Shown one piece after another: positions 62,240 to 64,000 of a stretch of DNA of 64,000 bases; positions within the stretch are counted from its first letter, which is position 1, and every line of letters begins with the position of its first letter. Both the position numbers and the translations under genes were made by a program. The DNA is from Eledone cirrhosa. Taxonomy: Eukaryota. Under the pieces are notes generated by a model that did not search any database, had not been told where the DNA came from, and saw only the letters and a program-made list of their open reading frames with translations. The stretch covers positions 26,474,001 through 26,538,000 of the forward strand of contig OZ024744.1 in assembly GCA_964016885.1 (NCBI GenBank), in the 5' to 3' direction.

Positions 62240-63760
62240 TTGGGAAGAGTGAGAAGGAGTTGGATGTGCTTGTTGACACTGTCCGTATTTTCAGCAATGA
62301 TATATGTATGCAATTTGGTATTAGTAAGTGTGGAGTCCTTGTGATGAAGAGGGGTAAATTGAGCTGAAGCAACGGAATTCAGGTACCAACAGGTGAGATG
62401 ATAAAAGAAATTGACACTGAAGAAGGATACACATATTTAGGTGTTCTGGAGGCAGATGACATCAAGAACAAAGAAATGAAGGAATTGATAAAATCTGAAT
62501 ACATTCGGAGAGTAAGGAGCGTATTAAAGTCACATCTGAACAGTAGGAATGCCATAAGGGCAATAAATTCCCGAGCTGTGTCTATTATCAGGTACAGTGC
62601 GGGATTTCTGAGATGGAATGTTGCTGAACAAAAAGAAATGGATAGGAAGACTAGGAAGCTATTGACTATCTACAACATGTTCCACAAGAGGAGTGATGTC
62701 GATAGACTCTACTTAAGGAGATCTGAAGGTGGAAGAGGTCTTATCAGCATAGAGGACTGTGTTCAGATGGAGAAAAACAACCTACACAAATACGTGACTG
62801 ACAGTAGGGAGCCAATGTTCAGAATTGTACTGAAGGAGAGGACAATAGACCAGGGGATGTCCAAGGAGGAAATAACATCAAGGATAAAGAGCAAACTTCA
62901 TGAAAAATCCCTTCATAGTACCTTCTTTGAGAAAACTGAATTCAGAGATCCACAGACATGGATCTGGTTGAAAAGAGGAGACCTTCAAAAGGCTACAGAA
63001 GAAATGCTAATGGCTGCGCAAGAGCAGGCCCTCAAACAAAAGTGGCTGAAACACCATATTTACAAGGGGGAGGCTAGCCCACTGTGTAGGATCTGTGGAG
63101 AGAGAGAGGAGACTGTGGCTCACATTGTATCAGAGTGTAAACACATAGCCCAGACTCATTATAAAGGCTGGAGACATGATGTGATGGGCAGGGTGATCCA
63201 CTGGCACCTATGCAATGTAAACAATTTACCACATTCTGAGAAATGGTATGAGCATAGGCCAGAGGCGGTGATTGAGAACAGTCAGGTGAAGGTGCTGTGG
63301 GATTTTAGGATACAGACGGACAAAAAACTGGAACACAATAGACCTGACCTGGTGGTTGTGGACAAAGAAAAAAGATCGTGCCTGATTGTGGATGTGGCCT
63401 GCCCGTTCGACACGAGAGTGCAAGAGAAGGAGAGGGAGAAAATTAACCGATACCAGGACCTAAAGTGGGAGGTGAAAAGGATTTGGAACTGCCATGAAGT
63501 CAAAGTGATCCCGATTGTCATAGGCGCACTGGGGACTATCTCCAAAGGTTTCCAGGGATGGTTAAAGAAAATCGGCCCCTCCACGCTTTTTGGAACGCTT
63601 CAAAAGGCATGCTTGCTTGGAACGGCAAGAACCCTCCGATACGTCCTGAATATCTGAGGCTGCAGGTAGTGGCTTGATATTCAATCCAACGGACTTTCCA
63701 GTTAACCAACATCAATGACTGAGATTCAAGGAATAACAATAACAATAATAATAATAATAA
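62240..63760 (+). mobile_element. 5'-truncated R4/Dong-type non-LTR retrotransposon in (TAA)n
   Basis: RT C-terminus ([14 protein letters not shown]), CCHC knuckle [21 protein letters not shown] motif [14 protein letters not shown]; (TAA)n on both sides; in-frame TGA at 62365. Confidence 0.9.
62398..63657 (+). CDS. R4/Dong-type ORF C-terminal half (RT thumb, zinc knuckle, restriction-like endonuclease)
   Basis: 419-aa open frame with the motifs above. Confidence 0.88.
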   Translation: MIKEIDTEEGYTYLGVLEADDIKNKEMKELIKSEYIRRVRSVLKSHLNSRNAIRAINSRAVSIIRYSAGFLRWNVAEQKEMDRKTRKLLTIYNMFHKRSDVDRLYLRRSEGGRGLISIEDCVQMEKNNLHKYVTDSREPMFRIVLKERTIDQGMSKEEITSRIKSKLHEKSLHSTFFEKTEFRDPQTWIWLKRGDLQKATEEMLMAAQEQALKQKWLKHHIYKGEASPLCRICGEREETVAHIVSECKHIAQTHYKGWRHDVMGRVIHWHLCNVNNLPHSEKWYEHRPEAVIENSQVKVLWDFRIQTDKKLEHNRPDLVVVDKEKRSCLIVDVACPFDTRVQEKEREKINRYQDLKWEVKRIWNCHEVKVIPIVIGALGTISKGFQGWLKKIGPSTLFGTLQKACLLGTARTLRYVLNI

Positions 63761-64000
63761 TATTAATTAGGTTTTCTTTATTAACCACAAGGGTTTACAT
63801 AAAGTAGACATTAAGGACAGTACAGGACAATACAGGACGGTACAAATGGGCATTTCTGCATGTAAAAGACAAAAAAGAGGATATAACAAAAAAATAACAA
63901 TGAAAAATTCCCCAATAGGGGGGAGACTTCGAAGGGACATTTGTGGAGAAAGCCCAGTAAAAGGCCACAGTGACCCTGACCACCAGGTCAATTGTCCTCT

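Noticed and set aside
62365-62367. TGA read-through in the R4 ORF
   Set aside because: 5'-truncated dead copy at an apparently non-conserved position; a simple nonsense mutation is more likely
63767-64000. Possible minus-strand 3' end of another retroelement
   Set aside because: AATAAA only; cut by the window edge, no diagnostic motif

Overview
Eukaryotic, gene-free repeat window. Two tRNA-SINEs resemble octopod cephalopod SINEs, so the host taxon is an inference. It has four zones. (1) 1-23.6 kb is a nest of retroelements, nearly all abutting (TA)n tracts that carry a polarised GTCCAGTGTGC motif. It holds three GIY-YIG Penelope-like elements (PLE, probably Naiad-type), two near-identical APE-RT CR1-group LINEs and about 15 type-I hammerhead ribozyme (HHR) motifs. 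The HHRs sit in PLE pseudo-LTRs, in two non-coding fold-back elements (one HHR per arm) and in tandem or terminally redundant non-coding units. The clearest of these is a 3.2 x 310-bp retrozyme-like array at 21.9-22.9 kb. (2) 23.6-31.0 kb is a ~28-30-bp satellite built from the same motif, with higher-order repeats. (3) 31.8-53.0 kb is a degenerate (GGTT)n expanse with internal duplications. (4) 53-64 kb holds a minisatellite, a SINE, a decayed PLE, an RTE 3' end and an R4/Dong-type element in (TAA)n. No host gene is supported, and the very long ORFs in zones 2-3 are low-complexity artefacts. All alignments and folds were done by eye.
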